Assembly: GCA_963809485.1 (NCBI GenBank)
Contig: CAWEJX010000012.1
Span: 160,001 to 224,000, forward strand
Source of the DNA: an uncultured Acidobacteriota bacterium
GTDB taxonomy: Bacteria > Acidobacteriota > UBA6911
Direction of reading: 5' to 3'
DNA length: 64,000 nt
Shown: positions 32,549 to 42,420 of the stretch, piece by piece
How positions within the stretch are numbered: the stretch's first letter is position 1
How the letters are laid out: each line of letters opens with the position of its first letter
Made by a program: the position numbers and the translations under genes
Notes under the pieces: model-generated
What the model saw: only the letters and a program-made list of their open reading frames with translations
Databases searched by the model: none
Told to the model about the DNA's origin: nothing

Positions 32549-34275
32549 ATGAAGGGAATGGGTCGAAGTGCGAGAGGTGTTTTGTGGATAGCCGCCTTTA
32601 TTTTCAGTTCCACGCTGCTGGCGCAAGAGGCAAAATTTGCGGTACTGAACCCGAGGGGCACACAACCGCCGATACGACTTGTCCCGATGGCGCCACGGTT
32701 GGATACACTGGACGGCAAGACGATATACATCGTCAATGTGGGCTTTGGGGATACATTCCTGCCCGAAACACTGAAGGTGCTCGCGCAGCGATACCCCAAA
32801 ACCAATTGGGTTCTCAAAAGGAAAATCGGAAGCTATTTTGACGATGATCCGAAACTATGGGCCGAAATCAAGGAAAAAGGGCATGGAATGATAATGGGAG
32901 TCGGGCATTGAAGCACCTGTTCGCCGGCGGTCGTCGGCCATTGCCTGACAGTGGAAAGACTCGGTCTACCTACGGCTCCCGTGATCACGCAACGGTTCGA
33001 AGAACTGGTCAAGACCATTGCCTACAAAAAGGGGATGCCAAACCAACGATTTGTTTTTGTCCCCCATCCTGTCGCCGGCAGATCTCCCGAATTATGCCAT
33101 CGGTATATGGAAGGCAATGATCCGGTGACGAAAAAGCCTATCGTGGAGGAGTTTTTGGCGGCTCTGACAAAACCGCTGAATCCTGAGGAGAAAAAGACGG
33201 GATTTTTGCAGAGACCTCCTCGACCGAGGCTCATCGAACCGGATACAGCCGAAAACCTGCAGCGTCTCTTTGCAAAGAATGGGTGGACCGACGGTATTCC
33301 CATAGTCCTTCCGACCGAAGAAAGAGTGGCTTTGATGCTGAAGAACACGAGCCGCAAACCGGACGAGGTTGTCGGTACCATGCGCCCGTCGCCTCCCCAT
33401 GAGGCCTGGGAGTTCACCGTCGAAATGGTTGCCACGAATGCCGTAATGGCCGGTGCTAAACCGGAATATATTCCGGTGATTCTAGCCCTGGCTTCGACCG
33501 GAGTGACTTCACTTTTCAGTTCAACCACGTCTTTTGCGCGCATGGTTGTCGTCAATGGCCCTATCCGAGAACAGATCAGTATGAATTCGGGACTTGGCGC
33601 TATGGGGCCTTTCAATGAGGCCAATGCCACGATTGGACGAGCTTGGACCCTGATATCCAAAAATCTCGGTGGCGGAGGTACGCCGGGAGAAACCTACCTC
33701 GGCAGTCAAGGGAACAATCTTAATTACAACAATATTTGCTTTGCCGAAAGGGAGGACGCGCTTCCCGCCGGCTGGAATCCCGTTCACGTTCAAAAGGGCC
33801 ATAAGGCTGGAGAGAGCTACGTCAGCACCTTCACCGGCTGGAGCCTCATCAACTATGGCGGTTTTGCACTCCCGCACCATCAGTTTATCAAACGAATGCT
33901 GACCGGTTTGCTGGCCAGCGGGACCGGCTCCGGCAGCCAGGCCACTCTGTTGCTTGATCCGATTACGGCACGGGACCTCAGGAATGATGAGGGCTTCGAC
34001 ACAAAGGAAAAGCTAAGTGACTGGCTGATGAAGAATGGAACATCGCCCGCGCAGCAGTACTGGGCACGCCACTCCGATGAGCTGAAGAAAGGCAAAGAGG
34101 GGATCGAGCCCTTTGCGTCATGGCTGAAGTACCCAGAGGACGCCTTCATACCCGTTTCAAACTTCAGGCCGGAGACGCCGATCGAGATTATCGTTGTGGG
34201 GGGGAAACGAATGCTTTTCTGATGGCGGGGGATTTTCGTTATGTCTCGGGCGCCTCTGTGGATAAGTGGAGGTAA
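32549..34275 (+). CDS. Exported UGSC-like selenoprotein 1 (Sec at TGA 32909-32911; 1-nt indel in G-run ~34200)
   Basis: ORFs 32465-32911 and 32951-34222 are in the same frame and read GVGH-U-STCSPAV across the TGA. SECIS hairpin, signal peptide and GWTDG.PI.LPT.ERV are present. The C-terminus SVDKWR is restored by adding one G. Confidence 0.9.
32912..32938 (+). promoter_or_regulatory. Bacterial SECIS element
   Basis: TGA-N11-GCCGGC-GGTC-GTCGGC. Confidence 0.85.
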
Positions 34276-34505
34276 GGCTCGATTCGTTTGCGAACCAAAT
34301 TGTAATTGCGATCACGACTTCTCGGTGCAGATTTCATGGGGTCGCCTGCTTTTGACCGGGTAACGAGGTAGGAAACTGTTTATCAGCAAAGCAGCTGGAT
34401 ACGGAAGACACGGAGCAAGCGCGATCCACGGATAAAAACCCTGGCTTTTATCCGCGTTCTTCTGTGTCCTTCCGTATCCCTGCTTTTTCGCGATGGAGGC
34501 TTTCG

Positions 34506-35078
34506 TTGAATAATAAACAACTCTACTGCTTTTGGGCAGCTTCGATAATAGTTGCAGCCAGTCTAAGCCCGTTAGGCGCTCAAACCCCCGGTTCCTCACC
34601 GGCGGCCCCCGCGTCGACAGGCGTTACGATTACGGGAATCGTCGAATGCGGGCAGGGCTACACTTCCCACGAACTGTATGACATGAAAATTACCGTGACG
34701 GATGTGGTGCGCGGTGAAGCAGCATGGATGCGGATCAAGGAAGCGAGTCCATCAAACAAAGCTGCGGAGGCGGGATTCGAGTATGTCCTGGCCCGCGTGA
34801 AATTTGAATATTATGCGAGAGGAACACCCGGCCTGTGTATCCATCAACTCAATCCACAGCAATTCAGCGCTGTTTCTTTGGAAGGCCAGGATTATCAGAT
34901 TGCCCAGGTAGTGCTTCCGAAACCGGACTTGCGCAAAGCCATGAAGTCGGGTGAGACAGTCGAAGGTTGGATTGCGTTTTCTGTGTCTCAGCAGGACAAA
35001 GGTCCTCTCATGACATATTCTGCCGATCAGGGTGGGGCGATCGAGCACGGCGGAGCGAAGTGGTTTTTGCTTCGTTGA
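34506..35078 (+). CDS. Small secreted partner protein 1 (DUF4352-like Ig fold)
   Basis: GGAGG plus TTG start, signal peptide, ECG...YD.KI....V.RG, EYVLARVKFE and GETVEGWIAF; four paralogs in the cluster. Confidence 0.75.
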   Translation: MNNKQLYCFWAASIIVAASLSPLGAQTPGSSPAAPASTGVTITGIVECGQGYTSHELYDMKITVTDVVRGEAAWMRIKEASPSNKAAEAGFEYVLARVKFEYYARGTPGLCIHQLNPQQFSAVSLEGQDYQIAQVVLPKPDLRKAMKSGETVEGWIAFSVSQQDKGPLMTYSADQGGAIEHGGAKWFLLR

Positions 35079-35294
35079 GTTTGGGCCTGTGATAAGGCAT
35101 GCTGGGCAGGATGACAGCTTGGAAGTCTCAAGGCAGCCGAAGGCGTCGACCTGAGGTGAATGGAATGCGGCCATTTTGGGGAGAGCGGATTTGTCCTGCT
35201 CCTATCCATGCGAGAGCGAGACCAATGGCGTAGCTAACAAAATCCTGAAGCACTCAACAATTCGTTATATGCTGATTTAAGGAGGACTAGAGCA

Positions 35295-37023
35295 ATGAAA
35301 AGCCGAATTTGTTGTTTTTTGGCCGGAATGTTTTTAGCAGCCATTTTTCTGGTCGGGAATGCCATTGGCTGCGGAGAAGCCAAGGTCACGGTAGTAAATC
35401 CCTCGAGGCACACCTCCCCCGATACGCCTGGTGCCGATGGCGCCTCGTTTGGATACCCTGGACGGCAAAACGATCTATGTCATTAACATCGGGTTCGGGG
35501 ATACATTCCTGCCTGAAGTGCAGAAGGTGATGGCCGAGAAATATCCCAAGACGACCTGGATATTCAGGAGAAAGGCGGGAAGGGACTATTTCGACGACGA
35601 TCCGAAGCTTTGGGCCGAAATAAAGGAAAAAGGCCACGGAATGATTATGGGCGTGGGCCATTGAAGCACGTGCTCGCCGGCGGTCGTCGGCCACTGTGTA
35701 ACGGTAGAAAGATTGGGTGTGCCTACTGCGCCAGTTGTTACTCAGAGATTTCAAGAACTGGTGAAGAACTATTTCCTGGAAAAAGGGAATGCCGAAGCAG
35801 CGGTTTACCTTTATTCCGCATCCTGTCGCCGGCAGGCCCCCTGAGTTGTGTAATCAATATGTAAGGGGCAAGGATCCGTTGACTGGAAAACCGATCGTTG
35901 AGGAGTTTGTCGCTGCGCTGACAAACCCGCTGACTGCGGAGGAAAAGAAAACCGGATTCCTGATGAGGGATCCGCAACCACGGCTGTTAGAGCCAAACAC
36001 TCCAACGGCCCTGACAGATCTCTTTGAGAAAAACGGCTGGACCGACGGGCTTCCTATAATACTTCCCACCGAAGAGAGAGTCGCCAATATGCTTAAAGGC
36101 ACCAGCCATAGGCCGGATGAGATTGTGGGCACCATGCGTCCCTCTCCGCCCCATGAGGCCTGGGAATTCAACGTGGAGATGGTTGCCGCCAATGCCGTGA
36201 TGGCTGGAGCAAAACCGGAGTATCTTCCCGTTATCCTTGCATTGTCATCGACAGGCGTAACCTCGCTTTTCAGTTCTACAACATCTTTCGCGAGGATGGC
36301 GGTTGTCAATGGGCCTATCATTACGGAAATCGATATGAATGGCGGGATAGGAGCCATGAGTCCCCTGAACAAGGCCAATGCCACGATCGGAAGAGCGTGG
36401 ACATTGTTATCGAGAAATCTTGGGGGAGGAGCCATTCCCGGGCAGACTTACCTGGGGAGCCAGGGAAACAATCTCAACTACAACAATGTTTGTTTCCCTG
36501 AAAAAGAAGACAAATTGCCTGCGGGATGGAAACCCTTATCCGAGCAGAAAGGGTTCAAGCACGGGGAAAGTGCTGTCAGCACGTTTACCGGATGGGAAAT
36601 CGTTCATGGGGCCCTCGGGATGGGGGGTAACAAAGAAGGGCTTGCCCGGGCAGTAGCCCGATATTCCACGGGTGCGTATCGGCAGGTTACCTTGTTGCTG
36701 GATCCAATCGTGGCCAGTGATTATAAAGAGCTTCGACGGATTCCAAACCAAGGAAGCGCTCAGCGAATGGCTCCTGAAAAACACTCCTTCACCCGCTCAG
36801 GGGTACTTGCAGAGATCACCCCGATGAGGTGAAACAGGCCAAATCGGGTGTTGAGCCCTTTGCGACATGGTTGAAATATCCGGAAGGAGCACTCATCCCG
36901 GTATCAAGCCTTCGGCCTGAGGTTCCTGTCGAGATAATCGTGGTGGGAGGTGAGACAAATGCCTTCATGCAGATGGGGGATTTCAGGCACGTATCGACCG
37001 CCTCAGTGGACAAGTGGAGATAG
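35295..37023 (+). CDS. Exported UGSC-like selenoprotein 2 (Sec at TGA 35662-35664; at least 4 frameshifts, assembly error or pseudogene)
   Basis: GVGH-U-STCSPAV with SECIS. Fragments 35295, 35431, 35789 and 36829 tile paralog 1 through to SVDKWR. Confidence 0.8.
35665..35691 (+). promoter_or_regulatory. Bacterial SECIS element
   Basis: TGA-N11-GCCGGC-GGTC-GTCGGC. Confidence 0.85.
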
Positions 37024-37095
37024 AGGCAAATAGTCATGACCGGGAAAGAGGCAGACAATGCCTCTTTCCCATTTCATACAAAAGGAGAGGTTAAT

Positions 37096-37666
37096 ATGAA
37101 ACACAGGATTTCTGCTCTATTAGCTTGTTTGATTTTGGCGGCCTTTGCTCGGGTTGGATACCGCAGCAGCACAAGGTCTGTCTCCCTCCAATGCGGCGCC
37201 GATCGGCACGTCGATAAAAACTCAGGTGGAATGCGGGGAGCGAGCAGGTTCCATGGAGCCCTACGATGCAAAGATTGCTGTTCTCCAGGTTTTGCGCGGC
37301 AAGGAGGCATTGGATCGCATAAAGGCGGCAAACCCCTCCAGTCAGCCTCCGAAGGCCGGCTTTGATTATGTTGCTGCGCGCGTGGCGTTTCAGATGAATG
37401 CGATTCTGGCGCCGGGAAACAAGACTTTTGAATTGGCAAGAAAGATGCAGTTTGTTGCGCTCACGGCAGATGGGAACGAGCAGGAGCCTCCTTCGGTGAG
37501 TCCACCTTCGCCGGAGCTTCATCGGACAGTGCGCTCAGGTGAGTCTGCGGAAGGCTGGATTGTTCTGTTGGTGGAACAGTCGAATAAGAAACCCGTGATG
37601 TTCTTTGATCCTGCGGCTGGCGGTGCCATGGGAGGCGGTAAAGTCCTGTTCTTCCAGCTTTACTGA
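37096..37666 (+). CDS. Small secreted partner protein 2 (frameshift in signal region ~37150)
   Basis: RBS plus MKHRISALLACL, then SPSNAAPIG...ECG...YDAKI..LQVLRG...GESAEGWI. Confidence 0.72.
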
Positions 37667-37870
37667 GTACCGGGGTTCGGTCTGCAAATCCATCGAGGCT
37701 CTTAGGAGAGATCCGGTCCAATCCGACAGGATGTCCTCCAACGCAATGCTCCTCTGTTTCTGGATATTTTCCAGCGAAATGACATTCGTTTCCGGCATGA
37801 CCGTCCATACCTACACTCGCTGTCCGATCATGGCGGCGGTTTTATGTCTCAGAGATGTTGCATTTCCTGA

Positions 37871-38159
37871 GTCAGGCACCTCCGGTAAAGCCGGAGGCTT
37901 GAAAGATTGGAACCGCTCAAAGCGGTTGGAGGAGTTCCGCCGGTCTTGAACGCTGACTTACGCGGGCAAAAGCCGATGAGGCGCTCCGCGCTGGCCCCTG
38001 CGGGGATCGGAAGCGCCTCATCGGCTTTTGCTCGCCGACCCTCGCCGAACAAATCGGCGTGTGTCAGCGCTTTTATCAGCGTTTCTCAGCGTTTCAAAAT
38101 ACCGAGCTGTCAAACTCTTTGAGTCTCCCGGCAGAGCCGGGGGGTTACCAATGTAATTA
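37871..38159. mobile_element. IS200/IS605-like element, copy C, with internal inverted-repeat insert
   Basis: Same ends as copy A; perfect 20-bp IR at 37966-37985/38012-38031. Confidence 0.75.
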
Positions 38160-38288
38160 TTTCGGAAAAATGCCGCTGCCTGAATTTTTTTGGCAGAAAA
38201 GCAAAGAAGTCCTGGATATAGGATTTATCCACGAAATAGGATATCAGTTGTCCGCTCATGGCAGAACAGGCTGGTCAGGGAGGATGCG

Positions 38289-39908
38289 ATGAAAGCAAGA
38301 AAAGGTATTTTATTGTTTCTTTCGGGTGTGAGCACATTGGTATTCATCCTGCTTGCCTCTAAAGCAGCACAGGCAGAAAACATCCGGGCGCTCGATCCTC
38401 GCGGCATCCCGCCGACTGTGGAGAGGATTCCGCTGAGTCCGCGTCTGGCCGGCATCAAGGGCGCCAGGATCTACATTGTGATGTCCTGGCCGACCAATTC
38501 CGCTTTCGATAGTGTCGTCAAAGATCTGGTGCTGCTCCTGAAGGAGCGTGGCGCCAAAGAAGTAACCATCAAGCAGCGCAATGCCCGCTATTCCGAGGAC
38601 GATCCGAAACTATGGGATGAGATGAAGCAGATGTGCGATGCATTTATGTATGTCGCGGCACCGTCCTCTTCGACTACGTCCTATGCTTTTCAATGGAGCG
38701 CCAAACTTGAAAAGATGGGCCTGCCTGGCACCGTTGTGAATTTCGACGATCTGAACAGCGTCGGCGACACTACAAGCAGCCGATGGGGAGCGATGCTGCG
38801 CCGTTCGTCCTTCGTTTATCCACCCGAAACCATGAATAAGCAGGCTTATCCTGAGGCATTATCCCGTGCGATCGATAATCTGACCAGGCCCTTGACTCCG
38901 GAGGAAAAGGCCACCGGCGTAATGCAACCCAAGCCGCGGCCGGAAATTTACGTCTCCGGTGATTTTGATCAAATTCAAAAATCGTATTACGACGCCGGGA
39001 TGACGGATGGGTTGCCGATCATTCCGCCAACAGCCGAACGCGTGGCTGCGATGCTGAAAGGCACAGGCCATAAGCCCGACGAAGTTGTTGCCCAGGCATT
39101 GATGCCTGAAGGGCTGGGCGTTACCGTTAAACACGTGGCGATCAATGGCGTAATGGCCGGATGCCTGCCGGAGCAAATGCCGGTTTTGCTTGCGACTATT
39201 GAAGCGTATCAAAAGAACAATTTGAATTCGGTTTTGCGGTCAACAAACCCTTTTTCCTTCATGCAGGTCGTGAACGGACCGATCGCCCAGCAGCTGAAGA
39301 TGAATAGCGGCACTGGCGCGCTCAGCCCCGGCAATCAGGCAAACGCCTCAATGGGGCGCGCTCTGCGGCTGTTCATCCTCAATCTCGGGGGCGGCGTGCC
39401 CGGAGTCAACCTGATGGCCGTAATAGGCAATGTCTCGAGTTATTCCTTTATGTTTGCGGAGAACGAAAAGGAAAGCCCATGGGAACCGCTCAGCGTCAGT
39501 CTCGGGTACCAGAAGAACGATAGCACTCTCACATTTTTTTTGGGAGGCTGGGCGCACTCCGGTAATTACGGACCTGGCTTTGCCGGTGAGGTTGCGCTTG
39601 ATAGCGTTGCGCAGGACATGTCACCGTATCAAATGACCTCCGGCGCGACTGTGATTATTTCTCCCAAGTTCGCGCAAGATCTCCAGAGACGTGGAATGAC
39701 CAAAGCTGACGTTGAAAGCTATTTACAGAAGCATTCCACACGCGCGCCGCGCAAAGGCCGGCCAGCCGAAGCCGCTCAAAGCGGGCCGGTGCCGGTGTTT
39801 CCGGAAGGCACCGTCAAGATCATTGTGGCCGGCGGAGATGCCAGTTCTATGATGCAGGCGTGGAGCATGTATCGCCCGATAATCGTATCGATCGACAAAT
39901 GGCGGTAG
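38289..39908 (+). CDS. Exported UGSC-like paralog lacking Sec/Cys (UxxC replaced by SxxT)
   Basis: Uninterrupted ORF homologous to both halves of the selenoproteins (PRG.PP, DDPKLW, TDGLPIIPPT.ERV, SIDKWR). Confidence 0.88.
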   Translation: MKARKGILLFLSGVSTLVFILLASKAAQAENIRALDPRGIPPTVERIPLSPRLAGIKGARIYIVMSWPTNSAFDSVVKDLVLLLKERGAKEVTIKQRNARYSEDDPKLWDEMKQMCDAFMYVAAPSSSTTSYAFQWSAKLEKMGLPGTVVNFDDLNSVGDTTSSRWGAMLRRSSFVYPPETMNKQAYPEALSRAIDNLTRPLTPEEKATGVMQPKPRPEIYVSGDFDQIQKSYYDAGMTDGLPIIPPTAERVAAMLKGTGHKPDEVVAQALMPEGLGVTVKHVAINGVMAGCLPEQMPVLLATIEAYQKNNLNSVLRSTNPFSFMQVVNGPIAQQLKMNSGTGALSPGNQANASMGRALRLFILNLGGGVPGVNLMAVIGNVSSYSFMFAENEKESPWEPLSVSLGYQKNDSTLTFFLGGWAHSGNYGPGFAGEVALDSVAQDMSPYQMTSGATVIISPKFAQDLQRRGMTKADVESYLQKHSTRAPRKGRPAEAAQSGPVPVFPEGTVKIIVAGGDASSMMQAWSMYRPIIVSIDKWR

Positions 39909-40141
39909 CGGCAAGAATATCTTGAATGTTGTCAGCCCGGAAGCAGAGAAGGCTTGCAAAATCAGGGCAGACGGCACAATGTATGCCCTCCAAGGGTAGG
40001 CCGCACAAAGCGCGGCCAACCCTTTGCTGTGGCGCCCCGTTGGGGCCCTGCCCCCACCCTGGGGGACTTATCCGCCCTTAACCGCTCGAAGCCAACCTCG
40101 CCGCAAAGGCGCAAGCAGGCTTACGCACTCCAAAGACAGCT

Positions 40142-41872
40142 TCACCGCCATTTATCGATAGAGGCGCTGGCAACATGGCTGAAATCCATGGCCATCCAGT
40201 AGGGATTGGTTCCCCCTCCGACCACAATCACATTGATGGGCGGATTCCCTCCCTTCCGCCTGACAAAGGGAGATACGGGCAAAGCAGCGCTCTGCGGTAG
40301 CTTCAGCCACGATGCAAACGGTTCAACACCGGCTTGAGCCTTTTTAAGATCGTCAGGACGGCTGGCCCAATAGTGCCACGCGGGCCAGGTTGCGTTTTTC
40401 TCGAGCCACTCGGCCAGCTTCTCTTTGGTATCGAAGCCTTCGACTTCCTTCATATCTCTCGCGGTCACTGGGTCGATCAGCACGGTCGCCGTACTTCCCC
40501 ACCCGCCTCCGCTCATGAAGAAACTCATCAGCGCATTCTTCATGATCTCATGATGCTGTACCGGAAGGTATGCGCCGTAATCGAGAACGCTCCAGCCGCT
40601 GAATGCGCTGACGACGCTCTCTTGCGGCTTGAAGCCTTTCTGAACATGCAAGGGCTGCCAGCCTGCGGGCAGATCCTCTTCCGTTTCCGGGAAACAGATA
40701 TTATTGTAATTCATGCTGTTGCCCTGGCTTCCGAGATACGTCTCGCCAGGAATGCCGCCTCCTCCGAGATTCTTTGAAATCAGCGTCCACGCTCTGCCTA
40801 TGGTTGAGTTTGCTTCATTAAACGGGCCCATGGCCCCGATCCCCGAGTTCATCTTTATCTGCTGCGCGACAGGCCCGTTTACAACGACCATCCTCGCGAA
40901 AGAGGTGGTCGAGGTGAACAGGGAGGTGACTCCCGTCGAGGAAAGAGCCAGGATAACGGGAAAGTACTCGGGTTTTGCACCTGCCATGACCGCATTTGCG
41001 GCGACCATCTCAACTGTGAATTCCCACGCTTCGTGTGGAGGGGACGGCCTCATCGTGCCGACTGTTTCATCGGGCTTATGACTCGTTCCCTTCATCATCT
41101 CAGCGACCCTTTCCTCGGTGGGCAGCTCTATGGGCAGTCCGTCTGTCCACCCGTTGTCGTTGAAAAGCTTCTTCAGGTTGTCCGGAGTGTCGGGCGAAAG
41201 CAATCGCGAACGAGCACCGCGCGACACAAACCCGGTTTTCTTGTCGTCGCCGGACAAAGGCTGGGTAAGGCCTGCAATGAACTCCTGAATCAGCGGCTTG
41301 CCCGTTACCGGATCGTTACCTTCGAGATATTTACGGCAGACCTCGGCAGGTCTTGCGGAGATGGGGTGTGGGACGAAAGCGAATCGCATCCCGGGCATCC
41401 CTTTTTTGAATGCGATGGTTCTTACCAGATCGGTGAATCGCTGAGTGATGATAGGCACGGTGGGGATTCCGAGCCTCTCTACCGACAGGCAATGGCCGGC
41501 GACCGCCGGCGAGCATGTGCTTCAATGACCTATGGCCATGATCATGCCGTGCCCCTTTTCTTTTATCTCTTGCCAGAGTTTGGGGTCGTCGTCGAAATAA
41601 CTGCCGATCTTTTTCTTATAAACCCAGTTTGTTTTCGGGTAATGCGCAGCCATGACCTTCTGGATTTCCTGGACAAAGGGTTCCGTCAAAGGATAATTCG
41701 TGTCAACGATGTAGATTGTTTTTCCATCCAGGCTGTCCAGGCGCGGGGCCATGGGGATCAGGCGAATCGGAGGCTGTATGCCTCGCGGATTCAGCACTGA
41801 AATTTTTTGAGCATCTGCTGCAAATGAAGCGCAGGCGATGAGAATCGCCAGAAAAGGCATGTGCATTTTCAT
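40142..41872 (-). CDS. Exported UGSC-like selenoprotein 3 (Sec at 41522-41524; 576 aa)
   Basis: ORFs 41522-41929 and 40142-41458 are in frame and read AIGH-U-STCSPAVAG. SECIS, GGAGG RBS and signal peptide are present. Confidence 0.92.
41495..41521 (-). promoter_or_regulatory. Bacterial SECIS element
   Basis: TGA-N11-GCCGGC-GGTC-GCCGGC (perfect stem). Confidence 0.85.
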
Positions 41873-42149
41873 AGGAACCTCCGAACCCCATTTTCGCACA
41901 AAACAGTAAAGCAGCCATGCAGATTTCACAGATTTTACGAAAGACCCCGGAAAACAAGGCCCGCTTGCTTCATAGGGGCAATCTGTGAATTCTGCGGTTG
42001 TCTTTAGCTTTTGGAAAAATCAGGGGATTTGGGCCGGCCCGGCACTAGTATGTGGGTAGGCTGCAAATTTCTATATCGATAGTGCATTTTCATAGTAAAA
42101 TGGGGCTCGCGCAAAATGCAGCGACACCCGCAGGGCATTATTGTGTCCT

Positions 42150-42393
42150 TTGCGAAAATCACCTGAAACAGACCCAGTCGGGAATTGAACCTTTCGTGTC
42201 CTACTTGAAAGCCGGGAACATGGCATCACAGCCGGTATCGTGTTTCATTCGCAGACCTCCATCAGGCGCCCCCGCGTCAGCGCGGCATATGGCCGCCGGT
42301 ATGGAATGGCGGAGCAGGATTCGGGCTTGTGTAATAGGAAATCTGATTTACGGATCAGTGTCTGATCTGCACGAATGGTCGAAAGGGACGTAA
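42150..42393 (+). pseudogene. Remnant of a UGSC-like gene C-terminus
   Basis: LKQTQSGIEPFVSYLK...QPVS resembles KQAKSGVEPFATWLK...IPVS, and GNLIYGSVSDLHEW resembles GDFRYVSGASVDKW. Confidence 0.55.
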
Positions 42394-42420
42394 ACAATTC
42401 ATCATGAAAGGAGAACCGGC

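Noticed and set aside
35295-35400. Possible lipobox (NAIGC) in selenoprotein 2
   Set aside because: The match is weak, the region is indel-prone, and the paralogs have no lipobox.
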